Source: Klebsormidium nitens (lineage: Eukaryota > Plantae > Klebsormidiophyceae). Taken from it: a stretch of 64,000 nucleotides of DNA. The position numbers were made by a program, and so were the translations under genes. Positions 18,812 to 31,517 of the stretch are shown piece by piece; within the stretch, counting starts at the first letter, position 1; every line of letters starts with the position of its first letter. Below the pieces are notes generated by a model, which was not told the DNA's origin, did no database searches, and saw nothing but the letters and a program-made list of their open reading frames with translations. The stretch lies in assembly GCA_000708835.1 (NCBI GenBank), contig DF237250.1, positions 1 to 64,000 on the forward strand, read 5' to 3'.

Positions 18812-19834
18812 ATGAGCAACCCCCAAGCAAGTCAAGGGAACCATCACGGCAGGTCAAGACCGAAGTGGTCCACAGCCAATTGCATACTGAACCCGAGTGC
18901 TCTTTAAATGCTTGCAGACCCAGAGCCACGATCCAAGTTCCTTACCTATAAGTGACCGGCTCTGGGGCATGGACACCCAGTCCGTCATACTGTCGGACTG
19001 CTGCCAAGCTGCAAACGGTGGTGCGCTGGGTGCATCTGCCCAAAACCTCTCACTTTGGGATCCACTCCAGACTGCAACCATAAAGAGTGACATTAAGTTG
19101 CCGTCACTATTGATCGAAGTGTAGAATGCACAGCAGAAGAGGGTATAACGCATAAGAGGCGTGACAAAGAATGGGCTGCCCTTAAATGTGCATAAGAGGA
19201 CAACCGACTGAGTCAAATTGCGCCACTCGCTCACCTGATGTCCATTTTGCAGCAGGTGAGGTTCCGTCCAGGTTACGCAGCTCCTCTTCTAAACTCCTCT
19301 CCTTTGCTCTCAGGTGGCGCATCTCTGTATCCTCTGCCCATGCTGCAAGAGTATACAAAAGCATGTAAATTCTTGACAGTCTTTTCAAAGGCTCCTTGCT
19401 GACCACTGAAGAAGCAGCTATGAGCTTTGCATGAGACCTAGACCGTGTCAACAGCAGGCTCCCCAAATGCCCTCACCTGCGCGGTCTCGGTCAACTCGAA
19501 AGAAACCATTGGAAGTGGCATGAGCTCTGCACGAGTACTTCACGCTGCCCCCCTCCTTGCTTCCCCTCAGCCCGAAGTCTGCAGAGGCTCCGCATGCATG
19601 GCAGTGGAGACTGTGCAAGTCTGCAATGAAGAAGCGCAGAGGTTTGGTCATGAACCTGGAGCATAGATGTGAAAAGCATGCAAGACTTGGTGCGTGCCCC
19701 TTCCTTTTGCAAGTCATGTCTCTTTCTTCTGGCAGTGGGTTTGGAGGTTTGTGATTGACAGCAGGTATCAAGAATCAGCCTCATATCTTCTAAAGAAAAA
19801 GAAGTATGGTACGTCCCAGGGACAACCATGCCCG

Positions 19835-20413
19835 CTAAGACTCCTCAGAATCTTGTGATAAACTGCAGAGCCAGCCACCCTTCACCATTCTGACCCCACT
19901 ACCAAAAGTAGTGTTTTCGAACTTAATTCCTTTCATTATCTGAAGATTTCCTGGTACACATTGCAAGGCCAGCCCACCAGTCACCTTTCTATCTTGCAGC
20001 ACAGAGCATTCAAGCTTCTGCTCTGCCTCGGCCTCACAAGGTAAACCAATCAGAGAAGCCATGCACCAGAACTCACCTCTTTCTGCAGCTTTGCCAAGCG
20101 AATGTTCGAGGCCCTTCTTTGCTTTCTTCTTTACACTGCCAGACCCTTTGCAAGCACGGCCCCCTGTGAACATCCGAGCCGCCCGTGCCTTGGTCTTCGG
20201 CGCCCTCGACTTCTGCCCCCGCCGCCTACGAGGGGCATCCTCGATGTTGCACTTAGCATTCACAGCAGCGATGCGTGCCTCCTGCTGCTCAGCACTGATG
20301 GCGATTCTCTCCCTGTACTCAGCGGCGCGTGCATGACGAGCCTCCTGACAGACTCTGTGATCGGACTTGGACCGGCCATGAGGCCGGCCTCTAGCCATGA
20401 TGAGACAGTGCAA
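19835..20413 (-). CDS. Basic hypothetical ORF, possibly an upstream exon of the Crinkler-like kinase locus
   Basis: 192-aa ORF on the same strand; further exon-like segments at ~19.2-19.35 kb; junctions to the 2A exon not resolved. Confidence 0.3.
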   Translation of the reverse strand: MHCLIMARGRPHGRSKSDHRVCQEARHARAAEYRERIAISAEQQEARIAAVNAKCNIEDAPRRRRGQKSRAPKTKARAARMFTGGRACKGSGSVKKKAKKGLEHSLGKAAERGEFWCMASLIGLPCEAEAEQKLECSVLQDRKVTGGLALQCVPGNLQIMKGIKFENTTFGSGVRMVKGGWLCSLSQDSEES

Positions 20414-21975
20414 GGACCAGCTTTCCTGCCCCTACAAAACCAAGAGGAATATAGGAGACTGAATAGTAATTTGTCTCAACAAACATCCAGATGCACAATC
20501 ACGAGGCGTTTGCACCTTTACTACGTATGCAACTCTCACCAGTGCAGACTTACAAACACCAGAGGAACAACCCTTAAAACGGCATCCACCTTCTTCAGAC
20601 TGAGTCGCTCAGTTGCGTTCTTCAAGCTGGTCCAAAAGCGGCAGAGCCAACCTCTGCCTGACACATTGTTCTATATTATGAGGGCACATAGAGGCAACCA
20701 GATAAGCAACTTACGTTCACAAGATCCTCAGACGCGCTTCAGAGATGCGCCACTACAGCAGTCCGCAGAATGCCAATTCCTGTGCCAACTTGCCGGGCAA
20801 CCTGAAAGCCCTGAGCCACACCAAGCTGCCCTGCAGCTCCCTAAAGCCCGGCCGCTTTTAGCTCTGTCAACCCTTAGCAGGAGGTCTAAACGCTGACCGC
20901 TTAAAAATACCAGAGGTAACCATTGAAACTTTGGAGACTCAGCTGGAACAAATCAATCTCAAACGACAACGTTCTTTTATCGAAGTCCTGCGATGGGAAC
21001 GGTCTGCTTGGTAACGGTATCCCCTGTCCCTGACTGGGCTCGAACCTCAAGCGAATTGAAGGAAGTTCCGGAATATTTGTTCGGGGGGACACGTGTCAGG
21101 TTCTCACTGGTCACAATTATGCCAACAATCACTTGGTTAGTTGCTTGGTCAGGGCCAGGGTCGGGTTCACATTGGACTTTTTGCCCTAATTCGGTCTGCC
21201 ATGATTCGCAATTGGAAGTACCCATGCTGACGTTTTAGCAGTTTCGGATTACGATAGCCAGACTGGGTTCACATTGCAGTTGGGTCCGTCGAAATACGTC
21301 TCGTAATTCAAAACTCTCGTCTGGAGCCATGTGACTGACCACGTGAATCGTATTGAGTACACTATGTACACAAAACCGTCAGCAAAGGCTGAGGCGTGAC
21401 GATATCCAACCTGTACTTATCGTGATTGGGCTATCCAGATTCCAAACCGCGTTTCGATAGCCTCCCGGATTTGAGTAGGTTTTCGACTTCGATAACTTTT
21501 GAAGTTCGAAGAATTGACCGTTAGCTCGCCGACTCTGGCGGGGTGACGCCGAGTGACGCAAGTCTAGCTATCGAATCACGATAAAAGTTTTGAGAAAGTC
21601 CAATGTGAACCCGACCCAGGCTGCGCAATACCGTACGTAGACCCATCTGCATGTTGCTAGGTAGTCGGAGCTTTCCTGCCAAGATCGCCAATGCATCATT
21701 CAAGTGGCTCATTCAAGTGGCTCATGAGCAGGACGATAAAAAGTCAGCTGCCCGAGTTGTGCATCTTGGCGGCAGGCCCTGGGAAATTTGACGCCCGCAA
21801 CTTCAAGGAGCTCTTGCAAAGCTCACCGGTTGCCCGCCATGGTAGCGGAGGGTGGTGCTCAAGGTCCCCTCGAATCTCCAGTTGCTGGCTTTTATTTGCC
21901 AGCCGTAGGAGAATTTATTTGATTTTGAGGGACTTAGGTGTTTCACTACCGCAACAGATTTAGAAAGACGTCATC

Positions 21976-24900
21976 ATGGCAGGGTTTGTAGACGTCTCTG
22001 CACTTTTGCAGAGAAAGTCGTTCAAGCTAGATCTGGATTCTGGCAGAGGTGCGGAGGAAGGCGGGCAGAAGAGTGTGGCTCCGATCGGCCCTCAGAATGA
22101 AGCAACAGCCTCTGAGGTGCCCGTGGGTACAAGGCCTCCCTTCGCTTCTGAACAACGGCTCAATGGAAAGGTGCCACCGAAGTCACCACAGAGCACATTG
22201 CAGTCATCTTCTGGGGGAACAACTCCCACAACCCCCTTCCTGCAAACTCTGGTGGGCCTTGTAACTGGGAGTCATCCCAATGGGACTTCCAAGGAGAAAG
22301 ATGTGGCGGTCAGCAGTGCGCCAATGGTGGATGAGTCTGCTTCTGAGCCAGAAGTGAAAGGAGTAGCAGGACAGAGTTTGCCAGTGCCGATTGCGGATCG
22401 GGGAGACGCTCCAGGTGAAAGTTCTGAAGAAAAGGCAGTAAGGTGGAATGCAGATGGGGAACAATATCTTCTAGAACCTGAACAAACCCCCAACCTGCAT
22501 AGCTCAGGAGCGGAACAAGGTGGCTTTAGTCTGGGGATGTCAACAGCAGAGACAAAGCCGCAGACACCGAAAGAGGTTGAGCCATCAGCGGAGGAGCCTG
22601 CTATTATGGAGAGCGCCAAGAATGTGGACATGAGAGCAACTGGGGCTGTCTCTGGGGACTCCACTGCAAGTGTTGCTGATGTCACCGAGGTGGTTCCAAC
22701 GGCTGGTGTTGCCATGGTCGAGAAGCCAGCATTTAGCAGCGGGGAGCACAGCATTGTGGAGGCGCCAGATTCTCTGCAGGGCCACATGGATCCCCCCACA
22801 GAAACAAAGCATATTATTGCGGTGCAAGCTGGGACTGATGTGCAGCAAGGGACTGACGGCGGTGTCAAAGAAACTGACGGTGATACGCAGGCTCCCATAG
22901 TTGACACGGGCGGCCCTGCAGTTGCCCGGCAGGGGAGCGGGCGCTTCTCTAAGGTTGGAGGTTTGTTGAAAAGAACCCTAAGTTTTACCCGGGGCAAGGG
23001 CGGGGCCGCTGACGACCGGGGGGGTGAGCTGCCTGGCGAGGAACTTCCCTCGGAGGCGCCTAGCAAGGACTTGGAGGACGGGGACTCGGTAATAAGCTGG
23101 GTGGGTGGCGAAACCAGTAATGACCGGCCTACCGGTCAGGACCGTCATGCTGAAGTCAGCATTGAGGCTCCCGCGCCCCAGGTTGCTAGGGCGGACAGTG
23201 GCCGCTTCCGTAGTCTGCTGAAGAAGCTCATCCCGGGGGCGCCGGACGCAGGGGAAACTGCACCCCCTTCCACGGTAAGGGCAGACGGCGGAGTCCCCGT
23301 CCTCGAAACGTTCACCCTGCCGCGAAGCGTCCCCATCGGAAGCGGGGAACACAACGCCGCCGCGGCCGGCGTCAGTGCCGAGACTCCTGATTCTCACAGT
23401 GCTGGAGTTGACACCAGGACACAGCCTGGAGTTGCACAGCAGGGGAGCGGGAAAATGGGGGGCTTGCTGCGAAAGCTCAGTTACAAGCAGATTGCGACGG
23501 AAGGGGCAGAAGAGGCGGTAGGCGGGGGGAATGTGTCCGGAACAGTGTCGGCGGAGGATAAGGCTTCTGCTTTCCGCATACCGAAGTACCTGCTTCCTGG
23601 GGGGGCTGAGAAGGGGGAAAGAGGCTTGGAGCTGGAGGGAGTGGAGACCCCCCCGGCGAGCCCCATGATCGTGTTTGTTGACAGCCAAACTGGGGAAGGC
23701 GATCTGCGGCGAGAGTTGAGCGCGATTCTGGGGGCGGGCCAGGTAGGGCTCTCGTGAGAGATTTCTAGACGAACTGAGGTCTGCAACCGTACCCCCAGAT
23801 CTTTTGATTATTGTGTGGAGAGTTGTTTTTCTAAGTGCTGAAGTATTATCTAGGGTGCCGGGACACGGCTGCATTTGTTGAGGCGATTCTTTGTGACGGT
23901 TTATTTTCAGGAAATGGCTGAATCTCATAAGGACAGTTGTTGCGGCTTACCGTACATATTGATTCTGGAAGAAAGTTCGCAAATAGAGCAACCATCCGCT
24001 TGAAGTGTGTGGAAGATGATCTCAAAACCTCCGTTAGTTCAAACTAGGCACCATCAGGTTATTGTGAAGAAGCTCAGTTGAGGAATTTGACTTTTAAGCT
24101 TTTGCTGACAACTTGTTCCAATGATTGGTTTATTAAAATGGGTTATAAGGGCATAGCGTCAGTCATGTCCGCTAGGTTAGACTTATCTTGCATAATTAGT
24201 GGGGCTCATTCCGACCCATTTCAGGCAGGTATAAGTGGTCAATTGGCTCTGGTTTCGTTCGGCAAGATTCGGCACAATGTTCAGTCTGCAGATTGACTAG
24301 ACATCCTACATCGAACATCAGGTGTTTGTTCTTTTGTAGGAGGGTGAGGTGCTTGACATACTGTATTTCTTAAAATCTCCCGGCTCCCGGCTCTGCAGAC
24401 TCTTGCAGGTAACCCCTGTCATTGTTTTGATAACTAACAAGAGTCGCCTTGTTTACATTTTGTTCTCTACCACTGCCTTACCTTCACAAGAAGCCCTCCT
24501 TGTTCAAATTCCCCTTGGTTGTTCTTTAGACCAGTGTACGGAACACTCGTGTGTGCAGGTATTCGACACGGCGCATCTCTCTGCAGCAGACTTCTTGGGA
24601 GCGCTCCTCCCGAAGCTGACCGAGCTGTCGCACAAGGGAGACACGGTCGCTGCGGTGGTAAAAGATAACCTCCGGGTCCTTGTGAGTCATCCCCCGGTTT
24701 CTTGCAGCTCGTTTGGATAGCTTCTTCGAAGCCTTCAAGTTTCAACTTTGGTGGCAATGTAATGCTTCCAGTACTCAACTTCTCTCTCTTTGCCAGTGCT
24801 GGCCCTCTTTTTATCTTCAAGAGGTTGTAGGGTGAGGCTAAATATCGCCAATGCGGAATCCATGTCTGGTGTCTTCTGGTCGTATGTAATAAGCCCGGGA

Positions 24901-27900
24901 AAGAACCAACAGAATAAAGTGGAAGACCCTGGACATGCTTCTCAGTGAACCAGTGCCGATTTGAGAGTCCCCCTTGGCGTGGCCTTTCAGGATTAGTGCT
25001 GCGAGGAGGGATGATCCTCCTCTGGTTTAGCAAAGCTCTCTATCGGAAAAGCCGAAAATGGCGTTTATCAAGACTCGGTTCCATTGCCTCTTCCTTACAG
25101 GTTGTGGGAGAAGATGCACTCTTCAAATCAGTGTCGTCGGCCCTGCAAGAATCGACGGCGGGGAAGAGCATTCCGGTGGGGTGCATCCCAGCCAGTGGCC
25201 GAAGCAGCCTGGCACAAGCACTGGGCCTGGTGAGCCGTTTGCTAACACATCTTCATGGGTGAAACGATCTGGGCTGTGAAGCTTTCGGGACTCCCAATTG
25301 CTTGAAACTCCGCTGGAGACCCTCGTACCTTTAGGCGTACAGTCAAAGGTGTGTGAAGTAAAAGGCTACCAAGTAGCCAGGCACGTCGGAGACCTTTCCA
25401 AGAACTGTCAAGGTCTCTCGTTTGTCCTCCGATCGGAATAAGCAGAATTCCACTTACCAATTGTAAAGAAGAAGTCTATCAAATCATCCAGCACAATAAT
25501 CAGAAGCTCTCTCTATTGCAGAGTCAAAGTGCAGTGGAAGCCTCTCGGCAGTCGGCCATGGACCTACTCGTGCAACTGGCGGATGCCGGGACGCAGATAC
25601 TAGACTGGTGAGCGGTCGCTGAGAGTGTCTGTCAAGCAGTAGTGCAATCCCTTTTCTGCCTTTTCCTCCCACGCCCTGAACGTCTTCTTGCCACTCGAAT
25701 GCCAGATCACCTCTGATATTGTCGACGTCTCCGGCTGAGGCATTGAAGAAGTCGATCGTCGTGAAAGTGTTCCTGAGCAGGCTACAAGAACGCTGATTGC
25801 TTTAGCTGTTGTATCACTGCATCAACTATCAGCAGTCCAGCTTCACTTGCTCCCCCATCACTTTCAACAAACCATCCTTTCTTTGCTTCGTTCTTCTGGT
25901 CGAAACGAGATAAGAGGACGATAGCTGACCTCCCTTACTAATGCTGTGTCCCCGATTTTCGTTTGCTTATCAAACCAAGAGGTTAAGCTAACAACCCACC
26001 GCCATCTACTTATCCAGCTGGGAGGTTAAGCTAACCACCCACCGGAAGCGCACCGCGAGCAATCTCCCGGCATCTCTGAAGACCATTCCCGTGGAGGGGG
26101 GGAAGAGTGACTGGGTGATTTCACACCAGGGGCTTTGCTTTGGCTCGCTCCACCTTGGTGAGAACCCAGTGCTTTTTACCGGTTGGTCTGTGTCCGGGTC
26201 GTTCTCCATTTACGAACGAAAGCATTTTATACAGTTTCGGGTGAATCCCCTGTGTCGAGAGTAGTCAAAGATTGGGCCCTTAGGTGTTTTTGATTACAAT
26301 TAGAGGTCCGTTGCTTACATGTATGCATTGACTGTTGTTTTGCTCGAGAGAAGGTGCAAAGAACATACCCGCATTATGCAACAACGCTTCCAGCACTCTC
26401 GCAAAACTCACAGGCGACTGGAAATCTTTCTGCTGTTCTGAAGCTTCAACGGCATATTTGTCACCTCTTTTGAGTACAGCGAAGTCGAATCAACGCGGCC
26501 GTCGTAGGCTCGACGGCAGTTGTGGTCATCGCAATGTTCGATACTTGATGTACTCTTATGAGGGAATTCGTCCTAGGGTAGTGACGGTGTATATTGACAT
26601 CCTCGTCGCATTCTCCTGTGCGACAGACATGGGCTACGTGCGGTCTTCTGAGGCCGGAGGCAACTCGAGGGTCCCGCAACGGAAGGCCGCCGGCTGGTTT
26701 TGTGGAGCGTGCTCCAACGAGCCTCTGGTCATGTAAGCGGCTCTCTGCATCGGTTTTTGCGTTCGGAGGACGAACTTTGCTCACACTCAGAAGACTCGTT
26801 CTAGTTGTGGAGAGTAGAGAGCTTGGAGGACGGATATATTTCACAATCAGCAAAGTCATATGAATGGAGGGTTTGAGAGTAGAGAGCTTCATGTGCAACG
26901 TTCACCTCTCCAGTCATCGAAGATGGTCTTGATCGCGTCCCTTGATTTTTGAGCGGCTTGGGATTAACACCCACAGATATTGAACCCCAACGTCTACTCC
27001 CATTTTACCAGTCTATACCTCGGTACTCAATAGTTCACTTGCACTTTTCAATTCACCACTTCGGCTTTCCTGATAAGAGGACTCAAGAGTTTTTCCAGGC
27101 GCGCTTGTTATCGTTAGCAGCCAGATCCTAGGCTGCCCGAAGTCGATCATCCCTGCTCACAATTCGAATAGTCTGGTAGCGCGAAAAGGTATTTGCGCCT
27201 TCCGAAGAAAGAGCACTATCGGATACGGACGTCGTTTCCGTAGAGTGCTTTTGAGGGGAAGAGTACCATAGCATCCGGAGGTTGTTCGCACTTTACGATA
27301 TGGACGTCCTGTATTCTGAATATTTCTGAGTATCAGTGCACTTTCATGAATATTCTGGTGTGCTTGTTGTGCAGCCGCAGCCAAAACGTGGGGCGGCTAG
27401 AGATCATTCAGAACGGCATCTGGAGTTACCTGGAGCTGTCGCCCCAGATCCGGTCGCTCGAGTTTCTGAACCTTGCCGATGCGCGGCGCAAGATGAAGAC
27501 GCTCGAGGTGGGCTTCTCTTCTTTTCTCTCGCTTTGTGAACTCCGCTGAATTTGTGGAACTGAACAGCTAAAAGCCGTTCCATCGCTTTGCGTACTTCGC
27601 TGGATTGTGTGGAACTGAACACCTAAAAGCGGTTCCATCTTACTTCCCTCGCCCTTGCTTGCCTTGGTGGTCGAGAGGTCTTGGGCATTGATGCAGTATC
27701 TATGCTCGATGCGAGGCAAAGAGCGGAAGCGGCAGGGGAAATGTCTCCCCTTTCGGTTTCTCCCTTTCCTCTTCTACTTTCCACTTGTGATTGGAACTTT
27801 GAGCGTGGATGTGGGCTCGTCTTGCTTCTTGCCTTTCCTCCCCCGCTTCAGTGGAGAGAGGCCGGAGCCGTGCATGTGCTTCAACACAGGGGCAAACTGT

Positions 27901-30900
27901 TCAACCCAACGAGGTTCACGTTAGTGTGCCGTTTTCAGTGGGCGAAAGCGTTTTCTAAGGCACCACTCACGCGCAAGCCCGGATCATGCTCATGTATATA
28001 CAAAGAATTCTTGGCGAAGCCTCACACTTGATTGAACTTCAGGGGCACGGAGGTTAGAGCACTAAGTGTACGCTGATGATAGCATCTCTTTCCTCTGCAG
28101 AAAAGCGTTGCGGATGCTTATGCGGACGACGGCCTCATCGAGATTGTGGGGATTCAGGAGGGGTCCGACACCGAGATCTGCCTGGCCCAGGTGAGGCCCC
28201 GGAATTTTGCTCCGTTTCTTGGAATCTGACGAGCAGTGCCTAGCAAGCGTACGAACTCCTGCAGTCAAGTCAGTCATGGTTTAGGCTCAAACCTGGCTGT
28301 GGGCGGTTTTCAAATCATCTGCTCCTCATTCGACGTGTGGCTTCGGCTCTCAGACAACGTCACCAGCAACCTCTGTCAAGTGACGGGTTCCTATCTGCGT
28401 AGTAACCAAAAAAATTCAAGCATTACATCCTCTGTACTTCCCCTTATGTACTTGGTTCCAACCCAAGTCGAACTAGTGTCGTAACGATTGGTGTCAACCC
28501 AAGCTTTCCAGCAGTATCATCAAAGCGACTGTTGATTCTCTTCATGTTGCAGACAAACGCGGTGCGGCTTGAGCTGTTTGGGAATGCGGAGGTGGACCAC
28601 GTGAAGCTGCGGCTGGATTCAGAGGCATGGGTGCAGCCACTGGCGGGCGAGAGTATGACGGATCCCGCAGTCATCCAAGTATGACTTCCCTCCCTTTCAT
28701 TCAGTATGGTCTTGAGGTCTCAGACAGCCCGCTTTCGTTCAAGCTTTGGAGCTCGTCTACCAGCTGGCGGCACCAGAGTAACAGGTGTCTCAGTTCATAC
28801 TTGGCAGCTTCTCATACATGGTGCATGGGTATTCCATATTGGGGCAATTGCAAACCGGATTCCGCTTTCTTGTCTGCCTTGCAGCGCCTGTCTGGACAAA
28901 CACAATGAAGACCGACCAATACTTTCAGACGAACCAGCGTCAAGATCCTCTCAACCCCACTGCAAATGCGTCCTTCTCAAGGCGCCCTCACTCTTAACTG
29001 CTGGTGGGTGTCCTTTCAAAAACTTCGTTGATTGAATATACTGACCTCCATCTCTTCTTTGGCAGATTACGCACGCGGGCCAAACCCCGGTCCTGGTCAC
29101 CCCGACCACCTCTCTCAAGTGCACCACCCCTGCTGTCGTCCGCCCCCCGGTCTTCGCTCCCCCCCCTCTGGAAAGCCCCTCCGAGAAGGCCCCCGGGCTC
29201 TTCCGGCGCAGCGCGAGTCCTTTCCGCAAGGGTGGCCGCTTCCGCAGCGCCAGCCCCTTCCGTAAAGGGTCCCGTTCCCGCCAGCGCAGCCCCAGTCCTG
29301 GCCCCCGCCGGTCGCGAGAGGGGCTCGAGATCGCCCCGGAGCCGTCCGATGCCGTCCGAACGGCGCCCGACGGCGTCCGAACGGCGGCCAACGGCGTCCA
29401 ACCGGCGTCCGAGAGCGTCCGAAGCGCGTCCGACCTCGTTGCAAGCGTTTCTGAACGTGTGCGGACGTCCGAGGAGGCTTCTGACACGAGCCGCGCAGCA
29501 TCGCAGCCGCGACCCACGTCGACTGAGCGGGTCTTCAGCCCCGCAGGCCGGGGCCGGCGCGCGCAGAGCCCCGTGCCCGGCGGTCGCGCCGACCAGGAGG
29601 TCCGGGCCGCAAGCGCTCCGAAACGCCCGCACACGACCCCGACGAACAACCCCACTAAAGACTATGCGGAAGCGGCAACGGCCGCGGCCCGAGGGGGGAC
29701 TGGGTTGGGGTCGCGCCGGGCGGGGCTGTCGCTGCCCTGGACGCTCAAGGTGGACAAGCTGGTCGATACGGACAAGGTGCAACCGCAGCAGCGGCTGGCG
29801 CGGACGCCGACGGGGAGCGGGCGGCAGGAGATCTACGAGCCGGTCGCCAAGACGCTGGTCCGGACAGGTGCGGAAGGATTTGGTGCTTGGATGTTGAATT
29901 GCTTCCACGAGGAAAGGGCAGGTTCCAATCTGGCCCAGGCTTGGTTTTTGATTCGCTTCGACATAAGTTTGGTTTAGCCTGGTTTTAGCAGGAGCGAAAC
30001 CTGACAAGCTGCCTCGATAGAAAGGGCGGAAGAGCTTTTTGAGGAACAATCTGGGTCGAGTGGCACTCGTGTCGTAGAAAAGCAAGTTGTATCAAGGCCT
30101 GACCCAAGAACCTCCTCAGGCAATTGGTTGAGCAACGGTCTTCTTGCCACTTCGACCAGGTATTACCATCACGTTTCAACAGTACGCGCTCCGTCTTTCT
30201 TTGGATGACAGGCCAGGATGTACAGAGGAGAAGGGTTTCTGAATGGGTTACCAATCTTCCCGCGTTCTTGAAAGACAACTGGCCCGGCTGAGCCCTGCTT
30301 TTTCCCGCACAATCTTTACCAACTCGGAGCTCAATCCTGGCATATCCGCGACGCTTGTTACAGGAAGCGGACGGTTGACCGGCGACGAGTACGGCCGGCC
30401 CCCCTCCCCCTCCCTCTACCGCTCCTCCTCCCGGGACAACCTCGACCAAGCCACTCTCTCCCGCCCCGCATCCCCCGCTCCGCTCTACCGGTCGTCGTCT
30501 CGCGACAATCTCGAGCAGTTTGGGGGACTCTCCCGACCGGCTTCCCCGGCCTTGAGCCGTCAAAACTCCGGGAATACCGGGTACTCGCCCCGGGTGAATG
30601 TGCTGCAGCCAACCCGGTCCGAGTCCCCCGTGCAGCTGCGCGAGCGCGACCCGACCCCCGAGCGCCTGCCCCGGATGGCCGACTGGGCGACCGGGATGTC
30701 GCGGAAGAGTGCGTCGATGAGTGAGTGGCCTCTTTTCGGTCATTTTATATCGTTCACTGCATTGTGCAGAAATGGTTTTGTTTGTCGGGCCTGAGTGATT
30801 GCCGGCGGCTGGGAGGGATGTCTCTGTGGTAAGTACACGTTGCTTGAAGGCGAATAAGCATTTGAGATAAGGAGCGAGTTGGCGTTGTTTCTAAGGAACA

Positions 30901-31517
30901 TTGTGAGCCTTGCTTTGAGAATGGAGACCATTGGTGTAATCTTCTTGAACATTTAAGATCCTGATCACTGTCAGCCTGAAGTCTCCCTGGTAAGTGTGTT
31001 GTCGGTTGGACCCATTTTTGTCGTCCGTCCTGTTTCTAGTAACAATCCGTCTGCATAATCACACGTCGAGTTGACAAGATGACCTGTCGTATGAACGTTG
31101 GAAGGCAACATTCCGCCGATCCGCCCTCCTATCGACCTCTCCCTGTTGACATTTCCCCTTCTTCTCTGTGCAGCATACCACAGCGGAGTCCTCACAAAGC
31201 AGGAACGCGAGAACGCCGTAGCCATTGGGTACGGCAGCACTCTCACCCGGGAAGAGCGAGAGCGAATGCAGGCCCTCGCGTTTGGCGGGGCCTCTGGTTC
31301 CGACCGAGGAGTGACTCCCCAGCGGATCCGGTCTGCGCGCGCTCGCTACATCGGCGCCGCAGCTGCTATGTACAATATTCGGGGGCCGCTCGAGCTGGAT
31401 TTGGCTACCGACGACAAGGCCGAGAGTCCGCCGCCGCCTGTGCGCACCGCAAGGGATTATTTTTCAGGGCCTTTGACCGCGGATGGCATTCCGGCAATGA
31501 GAAGGTCGCATGCTTGA
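21976..31517 (+). CDS. Diacylglycerol kinase-like protein (plant DGK5-type fold) with long low-complexity N- and C-termini and degenerate catalytic motifs
   Basis: Exon 1 21976-23742 ends PMIVFVDSQTG...LGAGQ. Later exons: 24559-24681 (VFD..LRVL), 25101-25229 (VVGEDA..VGCIPASG), ~25520-25608, ~26018-26107, ~26619-26731 (GWF), ~27370-27508 (NGIW..IRSLEFLNL), ~28101-28190 (DDGLIEIVG..LAQ), ~28553-28678 (RLDSEAWVQPL), ~29068-29869, ~30364-30720, ~31174-31517. Confidence 0.78.

Noticed and set aside
20102-20896. 264-aa plus-strand ORF
   Set aside because: Largely antisense to 19835-20413, no recognisable motifs; likely a shadow ORF.
27541-27639. ~54-bp tandem duplication in a DGK intron
   Set aside because: Real, but contains no exon sequence or other signal; ordinary local duplication.
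22272-30743. Long minus-strand ORFs (22272-23066, 22978-23928, 28951-29655, 28994-30085, 29985-30743)
   Set aside because: Antisense shadows of GC-rich DGK exons.
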